DNA of 63,942 nt, filler included, from Choristocarpus tenellus KU-1152 (Eukaryota; Protista; Phaeophyceae): NCBI GenBank assembly GCA_964200185.2. It is 11 parts of 11 records of this genome, joined end to end, with 100 filler letters (N's around TTAATTAATTAA, not from the genome) between each part and the next. Parts side by side here need not be neighbours in the genome. Positions count along the whole stretch, not along the records: positions 17,976 to 25,429 come from CAXNAD020006134.1; positions 25,530 to 31,961 come from CAXNAD020008149.1; positions 32,062 to 36,308 come from CAXNAD020015496.1; positions 36,409 to 39,761 come from CAXNAD020020604.1; 7 more parts are not named here. The stretch is one strand, 5' to 3'. Shown piece after piece: positions 24,681 to 36,683 of the stretch. The translations under genes and the position numbers were made by a program. Within the stretch, counting starts at the first letter, position 1; each line of letters starts with the position of its first letter. Under the pieces are notes generated by a model. The model saw only the letters and a program-made list of their open reading frames with translations, had not been told where the DNA came from and made no database searches.

Positions 24681-26226
24681 CTAGGATGGGATTAGTCATT
24701 TCATGATGGTCAGTAAATCCATTTCATGAAAACATGACATGATGTAATGAACAGCCACCTTTAGCACACAAGTGCTAATGTGCCCGGTGATACGGTCTCT
24801 TCACCACCGCATGTGTCCACTCATGCAAACAAGGAGAGTTGAGAGATAAAAATTAATTGTATGATTAATATATCTAAATCCACCAACATTGATGTATAGT
24901 CTATTTGGAAGGATTGATAAACCTGGTAAAAACGAGATGCCAAGTTAGAGCTGGTCGTGAACAGGTTAACTGACATCTGTTACCAGTTATCTCATCTCTT
25001 TACAAAACGATAGACTATACCCATATCTATGACAAAGTGACATGCAAACCATTTGCCTAAACTAGATGGACAACCTATGTAAAGGATTATAGTATGTGGG
25101 TACCACGAGATCTGGCCAAGAGACACTGGTCTTTAAAAAAAGTACATAAACACCCAATTAAACAAACAAACAAAACATTGGCAATGATCTGTACCACACA
25201 TACACACGATAATCTCTTTACTGAAACGATAGGTTACAACATGACGGTAATGAATGATATACAGACTAGCAAAGGAGGATGATAACAGTAAACACGAATT
25301 CTCAAGTCAACACCACAAGGGATGAGAATTTTATTGGTTATCCAATCCATTTACTACACGATAGGCTGCAATCATTTCACGGCATTGTGGGATCTGTTCT
25401 ATTCTTTTGTGAAGATCACAAGACGGTCCNNNNNNNNNNNNNNNNNNNNNNNNNNNNNNNNNNNNNNNNNNNNTTAATTAATTAANNNNNNNNNNNNNNN
25501 NNNNNNNNNNNNNNNNNNNNNNNNNNNNNTGGAACAGATCTCTACAGTACTGTCCAATAGAAAAAAAGCATTACCAAGGGGTGTTGCAAAAATGACTTTA
25601 TATTGAAGAAGAAGAAAATACTCTTTTGCTTCATGTTTTTTTTTTGAACAAAACATATTCGTGTCTATGGGCGTAGGTCAAGTATCTACGTACTTTACCT
25701 TACCACGGATCAAGGGTATCTATGCATGTAACACATCAGGTTTCACAATGTGAGGTAGATGCTTCAATGGGACATCATACAAAAGTATGGATAATGTTGA
25801 TGAGACCTAGTCTCACTCCTCATACAGTAAAAAAACTGCTGTAATAGTAGGCCAAGTTCTCTACTACAATACACTGATGGGAGCAGTGACTTGGGATGCC
25901 CAGCATTTTCAGGCGAATCGATTTGCAGGAATGTTTCAGGGTGGGTACTATATATTACCAAAACCATTGCAGCGGTTCAATCATGGAACATTGAAGATGA
26001 GGGGGATGCCTTCAAATCACACCTTTCAACTACTGCATATCATACACTCTCCAAGTTGGTGCTACACACATTTTCAACGATAAATTGTCAATGCAGCTGC
26101 AGCACCCCTACCGTTCATCACAAACACACTGAACCAGGGCAGATACCGAATGATGCCAAAATACTTTTCCACATGGCATTGACTGTCATGCTTGAAAAAC
26201 AAGATATGGTGTCCTATATCACTCAC

Positions 26227-27702
26227 CTCTTGCTCCCTCACTCGTGCATCAAAGTCATCAATTGCCGAAAGCTTCTGTGATGCCCCAGATAAGCGCTCTT
26301 CTTCCTTCTTTTTGTGCATTTTAAACCTGTCTTTCACCTGCAGGTTGCCTCACATCATGGTCACAGTAGAAGTAAAGAGGCAACCATACGGGATACACGT
26401 ACAAAAAAGGTGAATGAGAGGGAGGGAAGGGGAGGCAGGAGTTGGGAAACACTGGGTGCAGTTCTGTTGGAGAGGTAGGGTCAGCCAAAGAAGAAAATGA
26501 AGCCTGTTAAATATCAACGATGTCGTGGCAGTCAGAGTGAGTAGCCCTTACGCTAAAGGGACACGCTTGTACATTGGTCTTCACCTCATACCATTTCTCT
26601 GTGTTCATTCGGTTGTTTCTGTCCATGCACATTATCGGGTAAACTATCAACTGTGCTTTTGTGGAATGAACCACACAAATGACACTTTTGATCAACACAA
26701 ATTCAGAGACACAGTTAGCAGCACACCAAGAAGCATCCCAACAATACCGACTATGCAATACAAGAAGTACGGTAAGGGCCCAGAATCTATAAACCAATAC
26801 GTGGAAGGAGACATTATCTAAATGCGCATTTTGCACCTTGTCACTGGAGCATGTACCCCTCACTATTATCGGATGACCATGCCCAGCAATCGACCGACAT
26901 GTTTAACATCTACAGTACTAAAGTCTTGGACCCTGTGAGTACTTTCTCACTTCTGAATCTGGGAGTCCATCATGATTATCGTGCAGAAAAAAACGTCCTT
27001 TACATATGGCAAAACTTTGATCGGAATTTCAGGCACCTGGCTGACCGTGGATCGCTCCACACGCATGCTGTAACCTAATGTCCGCTGATGTTTCTTTCCG
27101 TTGATGTGGTCAAGGTAGTTTATACTGTCCTTGAGATTACACTTGCATGTTTCGCACCACCAACCCCCCTGCTGAGATGGTGTCGATGCAGCTGTCACAA
27201 CCTGTGTTTTGCCTAACCTTGAAAATAGGTCCACCTTCTGCACTCTGGTCTGATGGTGGGAAAAGGGCAAATATTAGGACTTTAATTTTTTTCACGAGGG
27301 TTACCACGAGGCAGCCTCTTCTTTCCTTCTGTATAATTATTTGTCTGACGGTACAATCGATTCCTTGTTTTATTTCGATACGCCTGGTCTAGCCATTCTT
27401 GGACCTTCAAGCTGCCATCAAAGCATATGGTCAGTGCAACACTGAATAAGAACCTAAGAAGATCAAAACTGCCAACACATCACATAAGTTCATACCTTAA
27501 GATAAGCTCGCTGCGAACCTGCCGGACCGGCAGCACCACTCTCCGCAGGCTGAAACTCCTCTTTCTTGCTCCGTCGTGCAGGCCCACTCTCCTTCTCCTC
27601 GAAGTCATCTCCCTTTTCCAAACGCTCTTTGGCGCGGGCCTCATAGTAGTCGCGATCCCATGTTCGACGCTGGACTGTTTCCACTTTGCCATCCTTTGAC
27701 AT
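26227..27702 (-). CDS. ZMAT2: Zinc finger matrin-type protein 2 / Snu23 spliceosomal protein, 3' partial
   Basis: Exons 27496-27702, 27037-27249 and 26227-26337. Motifs: RRTWDRDYY, LGKTQVV, GGWWCETCKCNLKDSINYLDHINGKKHQRTLGYSMRVERST, VKDRF. Confidence 0.93.
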
Positions 27703-28058
27703 GGTCAGTGGTCCAAGTTGTGCACCGGTTGGGACCAGTTGTCGTTGTAGGTCCCGTTATCCAGATCCAATCCCACCTACAACTTGCAACTCTTGTTCCA
27801 AACCTTTTTTTGTGTTTTGTGTTTTTTTCGTGTAACATACGACATCGTATAAGTACATCAAGGTCGGAGATTGTGCCACCCCTTTTCCCTTAATAGTTGG
27901 TAGCCCATACTTGAAATTAACAACACAGTGCTTTCAGTGCCAGGAAGAGTTGGGGAGAAGTCAGGTAAAGGAAGATCGCTTGCTTTCTTGCTGCCCTTTG
28001 GTACTAATATTAGTTTACCCAGTGGGCTAGGTGACCCATCGGGGGGGAAAAACTAACA
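27703..28058. promoter_or_regulatory. Putative bidirectional promoter and 5' UTRs
   Basis: 356 bp between two divergent start codons within one contig. Confidence 0.55.
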
Positions 28059-30976
28059 ATGTCGGATGACCCAGCAAGTCAGGCACGATACTTGGCTGAG
28101 GCAAACAAGAAGGTTTTGCAAGAGGCATTCTTCATGAAGCGCGCCACGGTGAGTCGCCTTGCATCGAAGATCTGGTTGGAAAGTAGCTAGAGAAGGTTGT
28201 AGACTGGGAAGTTTGGTAACAATCGCTGGTTTTCTACCACGTTGGTCTTTTCCCTGTTACAGACCTGGTGCAATTTCCTGGCAAAGTTCCATGGCGCTGA
28301 CTGAGACTTGCGACAGTCGTTGGGGCAATAGGAGAAGAGGCACTTGCTTCTCCGCTGAGAGTATAGTTGTGTGCTGTAGATATAAGGAGAATGAGTCTCT
28401 GTTGGCCATGTGGTGCTTTTGGTCGGGGGTTCTTCACTCAAAAGAACGAGTAAACCGCAGACACAAGCCTTTTGTTGCACCTTCACAACCGGACGTTCGC
28501 AAAAGGATACCAAGGAGACGGTCAACGCAGTTGATACCGTATGTTCTGGGCAGTTTGTACGCATATTTTTCCTCGGTATCTCCCCCTTCGGCCGCCTGGA
28601 TGAGGATGTCCAAACGACTTGAATTTCGAATCTCGACTTCCTTGCTCACTTGAACCTTCAAACTATTTTGTCCTCTTCACAAACAAGTCGGTCCACTTCT
28701 CCCTCGATCCTATCACTCCTCTTCCTGCTTCCCCGCCCTCGGCCTTTGTATTGGTTTGGTTCATCGGTACGAAGGACTCGAGCGACACCAAGACGGCATT
28801 TTCCCATGCTGGAAACATGCTTAAGGAGCTGAAGACCACCCAACTCTCCCCCCGAAACTATTATGAGTTGTATATGAAGGTGAACAATCGTGAGAGAAGA
28901 TAGATGAAAGAGAAATCGCCCTCTGGGTTGCAGAATAACAATCAAGAAGAGCAATGTGTGTTGGCCATCGTAGATGCAGGCAATTGCCACATCCTTTAAG
29001 CAATGCTTTCTTGCCCTTGCCTTGTTCTCCTTAGCCTTCTCAAAGAGAAATGTGTTTCTACATATAAAAGACTATGCACAATAAGGAGATTTTCAAAGTT
29101 GAGAACGAGTGTGCAACTACATAACCCTTCTAAGTTGTGATTGTCCAATTTTTGGTAGTCCCCGTACACCCATGTCTTCCTCACAGGCAATTCCTGAAGA
29201 GACCTTAGTTGTGTGGATACCTTGCTCCTGTTCCATAGTACTGCTGTTGGTGCGACCAATTTATCAGATGACCCCTTTAAGACAAGATGACTATTATCTC
29301 ACGTCCTGCTATTGGTAGCCCTCTTTTTTCATTTTTTGTGTTTTGTGGTCTCACTTGCACTTCCTTGACAGGTAGTAGCATGGATCAACAGTAGCGTGTT
29401 CCCTCCTTGGATTTGCCTACAATAGTCAAAGTCAAGAGAATAATGTGCTTTCATATGGTGGGGGGAGGATCGAACACAAGTGGGAAAAGTATCTTGGATA
29501 TAAAAGTATCTTGGATATCCTAAACAGCTTTCCTCTGCTACTGCCCTGGGGTCGACCCTGCGGTGGTGACAGGTGCTGGATGAGCTGAGACACTTGGAGG
29601 ACTTTTTCATGGCTATGAATAGACAGGGAAACGCAATGGTGGGTTTGTATGAGCAAGCTCAGGCATGCAACATGGTCCTGCCACGGCTATACCTCCTCAT
29701 CACTGTGGGGGCCTGTTACATCGTTTCCAATGAAGCCCCTGCCAGGGTGAGAAATGTGAAGGGGTTATGAGTCACCCTGTTTGCTTTCCACATTTGCTCT
29801 GACTACTGTGCGAGGGGTTGGCTAAGTGCGCAAAGGATGAACCCTGTTCATGCTTACATGTCGAGGGTTCTTCTACCCCCCTTGTGCTTGGTTTTGTGTC
29901 ATTTCTTGTGGTTCAGATCCCTTGTGCATCATTTGCACATCCTTCCTATGTCCAGCCCTTGTACAAACCGTACATATGCAATAGATCTATAGCATCACCC
30001 CTTCCACCCAGCTCAACCCTGTTCACCCTTGTGGCTCATGATAAGTGTTAGTGGCACCTAGAAATTTAGATACATTTTTTTCTTACATATTCACAATGAA
30101 CATGCCGTCTGGCGTCAATGTCCCTTAAACCTACTGAACAGAACCCCAAATTTTACCCCCCCCTCAACACAGGACATCCTCAAGGATCTCCTGGAGATGA
30201 CCAAGGGGGTGCAGCACCCCATGCGTGGACTGTTTTTGCGCAATTACTTATCCCATGTCACCAGGTCAGGCTGTGAGAGGAGGGGTGAGGTCTTGCGGAG
30301 AGGGTAACCGCATGTAAAGGTTGCATAAAATCGTTGGTCACTGACTGGGCAGTGGTGCGTTGAATAGGTCGAATGTGTCGGATGGAGGGGATGATAGAGG
30401 AGACTGGTTTGGTCGGGATGATAGAGGAGACTGGTTTGGTGGGGATGATACCAGGAGTGCTTTGATGTAAGGTAGTGTTTAAGTGTGCCAATCTGTATGA
30501 TACATGACACATGTTGGCACATGTTGATTTTGTTTGTGCAAACTTAACGTTCCGCTGGGAGGTGAAGCATTAGAGCTGACACACTACCGTGGTCCTCCTT
30601 TCCAAGGACAGGTGTAAACCAATGCCAGGCACTCCTATCTCCACCTACACAGAAACACATACAAACAAACAAACAAACACACACACACACACACGCTCGC
30701 GCGCACGCACACAGAGGTGCAAGCATAGAACGAAATGAGTTTTTTTTTTTAACATAAGAAATATACATTTCATCTGGGATCGATTGCAATGGTCCTTCAA
30801 CACGGTCTCCCATATCCCAACCGAACTGTGCTTTCCCCCCTTCTCATTGTAGGGACAAGCTTCCAGATGCAGGCTCTGCATATGAGGGCGACGGTGGTGT
30901 TGTGGATGACAGTATTGAGGTTGTTCTGGAAAATTTCTCTGAGTCCAACAAGCTCTGGGTCCGGATGCATGGTCAG
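28059..30976 (+). CDS. VPS35: Vacuolar protein sorting 35 (retromer), 3' partial, 5 exons
   Basis: Exons 28059-28148, 28775-28879, 29573-29746, 30173-30264 and 30853-30976. Motifs: [64 protein letters not shown]. Confidence 0.95.
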
Positions 30977-31196
30977 GTGGGTCTTTTTGTGTCATGTGGA
31001 AAGAAAGGGTCCTGGTATAGATCCTCATTCTTCTTCCCTCCACTAACCACCCCCTTTTAATGCAGCATTTTGTATGTACAGGAACAGGGTACACCCTCCT
31101 GTGTCGCTGTTGATTGTGCAATTGTATTTCAAGGTCAGTGTAGAGTTCACCGCGTGTGAATCGATTTTTCTTTCCTGTGATGCGCTGGTGGTGCAG

Positions 31197-31329
31197 TCAC
31201 TGTGATTGAGTGCTCTCACTGTGATTGAGTGCTCTCACTGTGATTGAGTGCTCTCACTGTGATTGAGTGCTCTCACTGTGATTGAGTGCTCTCACTGTGA
31301 TTGAGTGCTCTCACTGTGATTGAGTGCTC
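31197..31329. repeat. Minisatellite, 7 perfect copies of 19-bp TCACTGTGATTGAGTGCTC
   Basis: Head-to-tail copies with no spacers. Confidence 0.95.
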
Positions 31330-32138
31330 TGAGGCGTACTTTACGGGATTGACTGTGGTAGTGGGTTAGGGTTAGGGTTAGGAATAGATTGCAAGACATA
31401 GATTGCAAGACATTGCTCAGCAAAGTCGCAACACTTGCATGATAATAGCGGAAACCTCTGGTAGCAGTGGTATGTCAATGATAATGGTGGCATGTTAAGC
31501 GTATTATGGCAATGGACTGGTGAGAGACAAGAAGTCCCTCCTCTAATGACCGGTAATGCTGCAAATGCATTCACATGTGTGTCTATACCTATGTTTGGGG
31601 GAGTGGAGTTGGATGATGCCTGTGTCTACCCTGCCCATATGTGTGGCCTGGTGCCACATGAACAATGAAAAAGGCTGTGAAAAAGCAACACGTAAGTACA
31701 GCTGCCCCCCCCCTCCCCCCCGGCCCACACACACAGGGACAGATTGCACCTTCTCTTTTTCTCAATTTAAGATGTACTTTAAGATAAACTCCAACTTGTA
31801 CTTTTGAAGTGTACATTATTGAGATACCTTGCAAGAGAAGTGTTTGTCAGTCAACTCGTGCTTCCGCAACAACGCTGCTGTTGCTACACAAGCTGTTTGT
31901 TTTTTGCTGCTTTTTTTTTTCTTCGAAATTTGAATTTGAAAATTTGAACATGGTGTCCCCCNNNNNNNNNNNNNNNNNNNNNNNNNNNNNNNNNNNNNNN
32001 NNNNNTTAATTAATTAANNNNNNNNNNNNNNNNNNNNNNNNNNNNNNNNNNNNNNNNNNNNAAATGCACTTTTCCTGATTTTGGTTGGAATGGACACCCT
32101 GGTGTAGAACCCCCCCCCACTCCCAGATACTTTGGGTC

Positions 32139-35100
32139 AGATGTATTTATTAGCGGAGTGAGCACATCCCTCGAGGTAGGGGGAGTGCTCTGCCTCGTAA
32201 TCTATTGCGCACGTCAGCAAACACATCAAAATGTATTTATGTCAGTCACACTACGTCATTCGTTCTGTGTAACTAGTACTACGTCAGATATCCTCCGTCA
32301 ACCACTTATAATATGTAATAAGAAATCAATCCACCGAGATTCGACCCTATTACTCTAAGCACCCGAAAAGAAGTCGTTGACTCTTACTCCACTCAGTCAA
32401 CATTTCTGTTGTATGGTATTCGTCACTAAACAGATAAGACCCTATAGACTATCTAGCCTATATTGCACACTCCCCATGAGCGTGCAGCAAAGTTGCTGAC
32501 TAAAGCTCACTCTCGTTGCGAAAGCACGTATTGCACAAAATCAGAAATAAAACTCTTGCGTAAAGACTTGGTTAACACGTCTGCCAATTGCTTGTGTGTT
32601 GGAATATACTTAATGTGAAATATACCCTGATCTACATGTTCTCTTGTGCACATTAACTTCATGTCCATGAGCTTGGTTCTGCCGTTGAAGCCTGTGATGC
32701 TGCCTGCCTGAATAGCACCACGGTTGTCACAGAACCAGGGAGTCTGGTCCTGTAGTACACCGATCTCCCCCAGAATGCCTCGAATGAAAATACAGTGGCG
32801 CATGCCATATGCCATTGCTGTCCACTCTGCCTCCGAGCTGAAGAGGGTGATATGCAAAAGAGAGCTACTCAAGTAGAGTATTTTGCTTTGTGTGGTATGG
32901 ATATGTTTATTAGCGGAGTGAGCAATGCCCTCGGCGGTGGTGGGGGTGCTCTCTCTTTTTATCTTATTGTTTATTACATATATCAGCTGACACATCAGCT
33001 GACACATCAAAACTTGTCCTGCCGTTACATCGTACTATGTCACATATCCTGTGTAGTTAGTGCTATGTAAGAATTCCTCCATCAGTCCATTTAAATCAAG
33101 TTACAAGAAGTCGATCATCTGAGATTCGAACACGTTATTTTAAGTACATGAACACAAGTCAATGACACTTGATCCACTTAGCCAACATTCCTATTGTCTA
33201 GCAGTGTTCACTAAATAACTATAAACCATATAGACTATCAGCCTATATTGCACAGGTGACAACGCCTTGAAGCTTGGAGCGCCAGGCGATCGGCGATCTG
33301 TTGAGCAGTAGTATGTACCCTGTAACACTTCTGCGTGTTTTTGAGTCGTGCCTCAGTCAGAATCCCCATACCCCGCCAGGAGTTCTTCACCCCCCTCGTT
33401 CATATCTTTATCCCCTCGACCATAGTGGATGAAGACGTCCAGTGTACCTGCTACATAGTACAGAACGTGTTGCAGTCCACGCCAGTGTTGCATGCATGGA
33501 GACACCGCCCTGCACCCCAGTTAACGAACGCTGTTGGCCAGGTCCGGTCGAGTCATGCCTGCTAGAAACACGAGTTGGCCAAGGATACTGGCATAGGGGT
33601 ATATAGTAGGATCCAGTTCCTCTTCGTAGTCTTGCTTGGCAGAGAGGTCCATCCGAGGATCCAGTGGGGTAGATGTTTCTCGTACTTCCATGGAGCCTAT
33701 CCCGACCATGACAATGCTTTCTGCATATTGTAGTTGGTCCAGGGTAATGCTATCCTCACCCACAGTGATGCCCACCCCAATCAGCTTGTCCAGTGTACCT
33801 AGGTCTCGCCCCTCGTACTTTTCGAGCAGTGATGCCCTCATCCTCTGGATGTCCTCTGTGAAGTCCCCAGTGGTGACAGTGTCGTCCACGTAGGTAGTGA
33901 GGATGGCGATGTGTCCATCTTCACTCCTCTTGAAGTAGAGGCACTCGTCGTGTTGGCTGCTTGTCCACCCTTCTGCAAGAATGGTGCCCCTTAGTTCATG
34001 ATACCATTCCATGGCTGACTGTTTAAACTCATAGATTGCCTTCTCTGCCTTCACAGCGCGGCCGTCAGGAAGCTCCAACCAGACGTCCTCCTACAGGTCT
34101 GCATTGAGGTAAGCCTGTGTGAAGTCCAGGGCGTCTATGCTCCAACCTCTGTACGCTGCGACTGATATGACGCATTGTAGTGTGTCGTATCCCACCACCG
34201 GGCTGAAGGCTTCAAAGAAGTCCACTCCTGCTTTTTGGGAGAAGACACGGGCCACGAGTCGCGCCTTATAGCGTTCCACCATCCCATCTGCAGAGCGTTT
34301 GGTTTTGAAAACGAATCGTGTCTTGATTGCCTTCCTCCGTTGGGGCAGGGCCTTGTCTCCAAACGTCCCCTTCTGCCAAAGCCCTGCTATTTCCTTCTCC
34401 ATGGCCTCCTGCCACTGATCTGCATCTGGCCCACTCAAGGCCTCCTTTGTTGTAATTGGCTCGCCTGCACCTGTTATTTTCTTCCCTCATGAGACCCATA
34501 AAGCAGTACACGTCATCGTTGTTCTGCTACATGAGGGTTGACACGAAGTGGTTCATGTCTGTCTCTTCATCTTCTTCCAGGGCGCAGGGTTGGGATGTGC
34601 AGGCCACCAGCTGGCGCTGCTCCAACCGGGAAGATCTCCGTCGTCCAGAGTGTGGGACCAGGCGCTTGGCTGCCATCTGCGCAGCCCTATCCATGTGCTG
34701 GCGTTGTCCCATCCTGAGAGAAATCTCTTGACTTTGATGGGGTCGCTTTGCATCTTGAGCCCTATGCGCAATGTTTTGGCCTGCATTCTCAGTTGTGTTT
34801 GTTTCTGTGGCATCCTCTTCTTCTTGTGCCTCGTTCCCTGTGGTATCAGTCTCCTCTTCGCCTTCATCATCGCTGTTCATGTCATCATCTTATGCTGACT
34901 CCTCCAGTATGTCTAGTTCAGGTTCCCCCACCAGTTCCAACAGTTGAGCTTCAGGTTGGAACTTGACCTGTGCTGAGGTTACCAGCTTACCCTCCTGTGG
35001 GATCCACACGTGCCATCAGAGTGACGCTCTATCGTGCCCAACGAGGATCCCCCGCTTCGCATATTGGTTGAACTTGGCGTTGGTGCCGCGCTGTTGCTTG

Positions 35101-36240
35101 GTCTGGTGTATGAAGCACTCCGTCCCAAACACTCGGAGTCGATTGTAGTTGAATGGCTTGTTACTCAGGCGCTCGAATGGTGTTTCACCGCCCAGGTACT
35201 CGTGCGGCATGCCTGTGGTCTTGTATGTGGCGTCTGCTACCGTGAAGAACCAGAACTCCTCCCCCAGTCCAGCTTGAATCAGCTGGCTGCGCACCGTTTG
35301 CATCATCTGTTTTATTGCCCGCTCAGCAATTCCGTTGCTCTGGGGCGTGCGTGGGGGGCTCTTGCACCATTTCACGCCCCGCTCTGTCAGCATGCGCTGG
35401 AACTTTACGCTCCTCCCGAACTCGCCAGCGCCACCCCCACTGATGCACCTCACCACCACCCCTTCTCGAACCATCTCGTCGATGTAGGCAGCTGCGGCCA
35501 CCGTAGCAGCGTCCTTTGTACGCAGACCTATCACACGCTTCTCCCAGCTGGCTTCGTCCACGAACACCTGAAAATACTTGATGCCCATCACGTCCGGGTC
35601 AAAGGGTCCCTCCATGTCTGTGTGCACCACCTCCCCCACCGTCTTGGGACTGCGGCCACCCCGTGCGTAACTGAGTGCCTCAGACTTGCACTCCTTGCAT
35701 GCCTCGCAGTGGAGCTCTGAAGCGACTGTAGTATGTGAGATGTCCAGGAGACCTCGTTTCTCCAGGTATTTTATCGCGAAGGGGTCGAGAATGACCCATG
35801 ATTTTATGCCAGTCAGAGAGGGAGAGACACTGTTGAATATTGGCATAGCTAGCATTAATCTTTGCCTGGCCCTTCTCCCCTTTTTTTGCCTTGAACTGGG
35901 CCCGCAGCATTAGGAAAGCTCCCTTCTCCTCTAAATGGATCTTGGCTGCCCCCTTGTTGGGCTGGATGTAGCTCCTTCTAATCCCTGAGTCTACAAATTC
36001 ACCTCCCTTGCACCGCACACTGCCTGTGCTGAGAACCCTGAATGGCAGACCCGGTACCCAGAGCACGTCCTGGAGTACAATCTTGGTCGGCAAGCCCATC
36101 TCATTAGTTGCCTCCAGGACCATCTCTCCAAATGTGCTCGCGCGTTTAATGTACCTTTGTTTCCAAATGTGCAGGTGCGGGTGATAGCTGTTGCTGCAGT
36201 GAGGTCCTGCAGTCGAGGGGTAAGGTGTACGTTTGCACCT
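32139..36240 (-). mobile_element. Ty1/Copia family 1 element: protease, integrase, RT, RNase H, PPT, truncated 3' LTR
   Basis: GANVHLT and LQDVLWVPGL (protease); WHKIMGH..CEACKECK, VHTDMEGP, QSNGIAER (integrase); YKARLVA, LDFTQAYLNA, YVDD (RT); SSEAEW, QLADVLTK (RNase H). PPT at 32470-32475 and LTR at 32139-32469. Multiple stops and frameshifts. Confidence 0.95.
32851..33254 (-). mobile_element. Solo LTR (Copia family 1) nested in the RNase H region
   Basis: 5-bp TSD GGTGA at 32846-32850 and 33255-33259. Removing the LTR restores KLQGVVTLFSSEAEW. Confidence 0.93.
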
Positions 36241-36646
36241 GGCTCAAATTATCTGGGAGGGGGTGGCGGCTGTCCATTTGGGGTCAATTTTTTCATGTCG
36301 CGATTTTGNNNNNNNNNNNNNNNNNNNNNNNNNNNNNNNNNNNNNNNNNNNNTTAATTAATTAANNNNNNNNNNNNNNNNNNNNNNNNNNNNNNNNNNNN
36401 NNNNNNNNTCCTGATTTTGCCCCAAATGGATACCCTGGTGTACACCCCCCCTCCCCCCAGATACTTTGGGTCCCTGGTGTAGATCCCCCCCCCTACCCCC
36501 AGATAGTTTGGTTTGGTAACCAACTGCACCTTTGGCATCCAGGTTACTGTGCTCAATATGTTGCCTGTTCTTGCCTGACTGCAGTCACACTTCCCTCGAA
36601 AAATACACTTTCTCTTTCAACTGAGGACGGATAGGTTGATACGCCT

Positions 36647-36649
<3 letters not shown>

Positions 36650-36680
<31 letters not shown>
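36650..36680. repeat. (CA)n microsatellite
   Basis: About 15 CA units. Confidence 0.9.

Positions 36681-36683
<3 letters not shown>

Noticed and set aside
31197-31329. CRISPR-like array
   Set aside because: The units are contiguous with no unique spacers, there are no cas genes, and the context is a eukaryotic intron.
32507-33010. 167-aa ORF as a novel RNase H fusion protein
   Set aside because: A chance read-through from the nested solo LTR into the Copia RNase H remnant.
35034-35720. 228-aa plus-strand ORF
   Set aside because: Antisense shadow of the Copia integrase.
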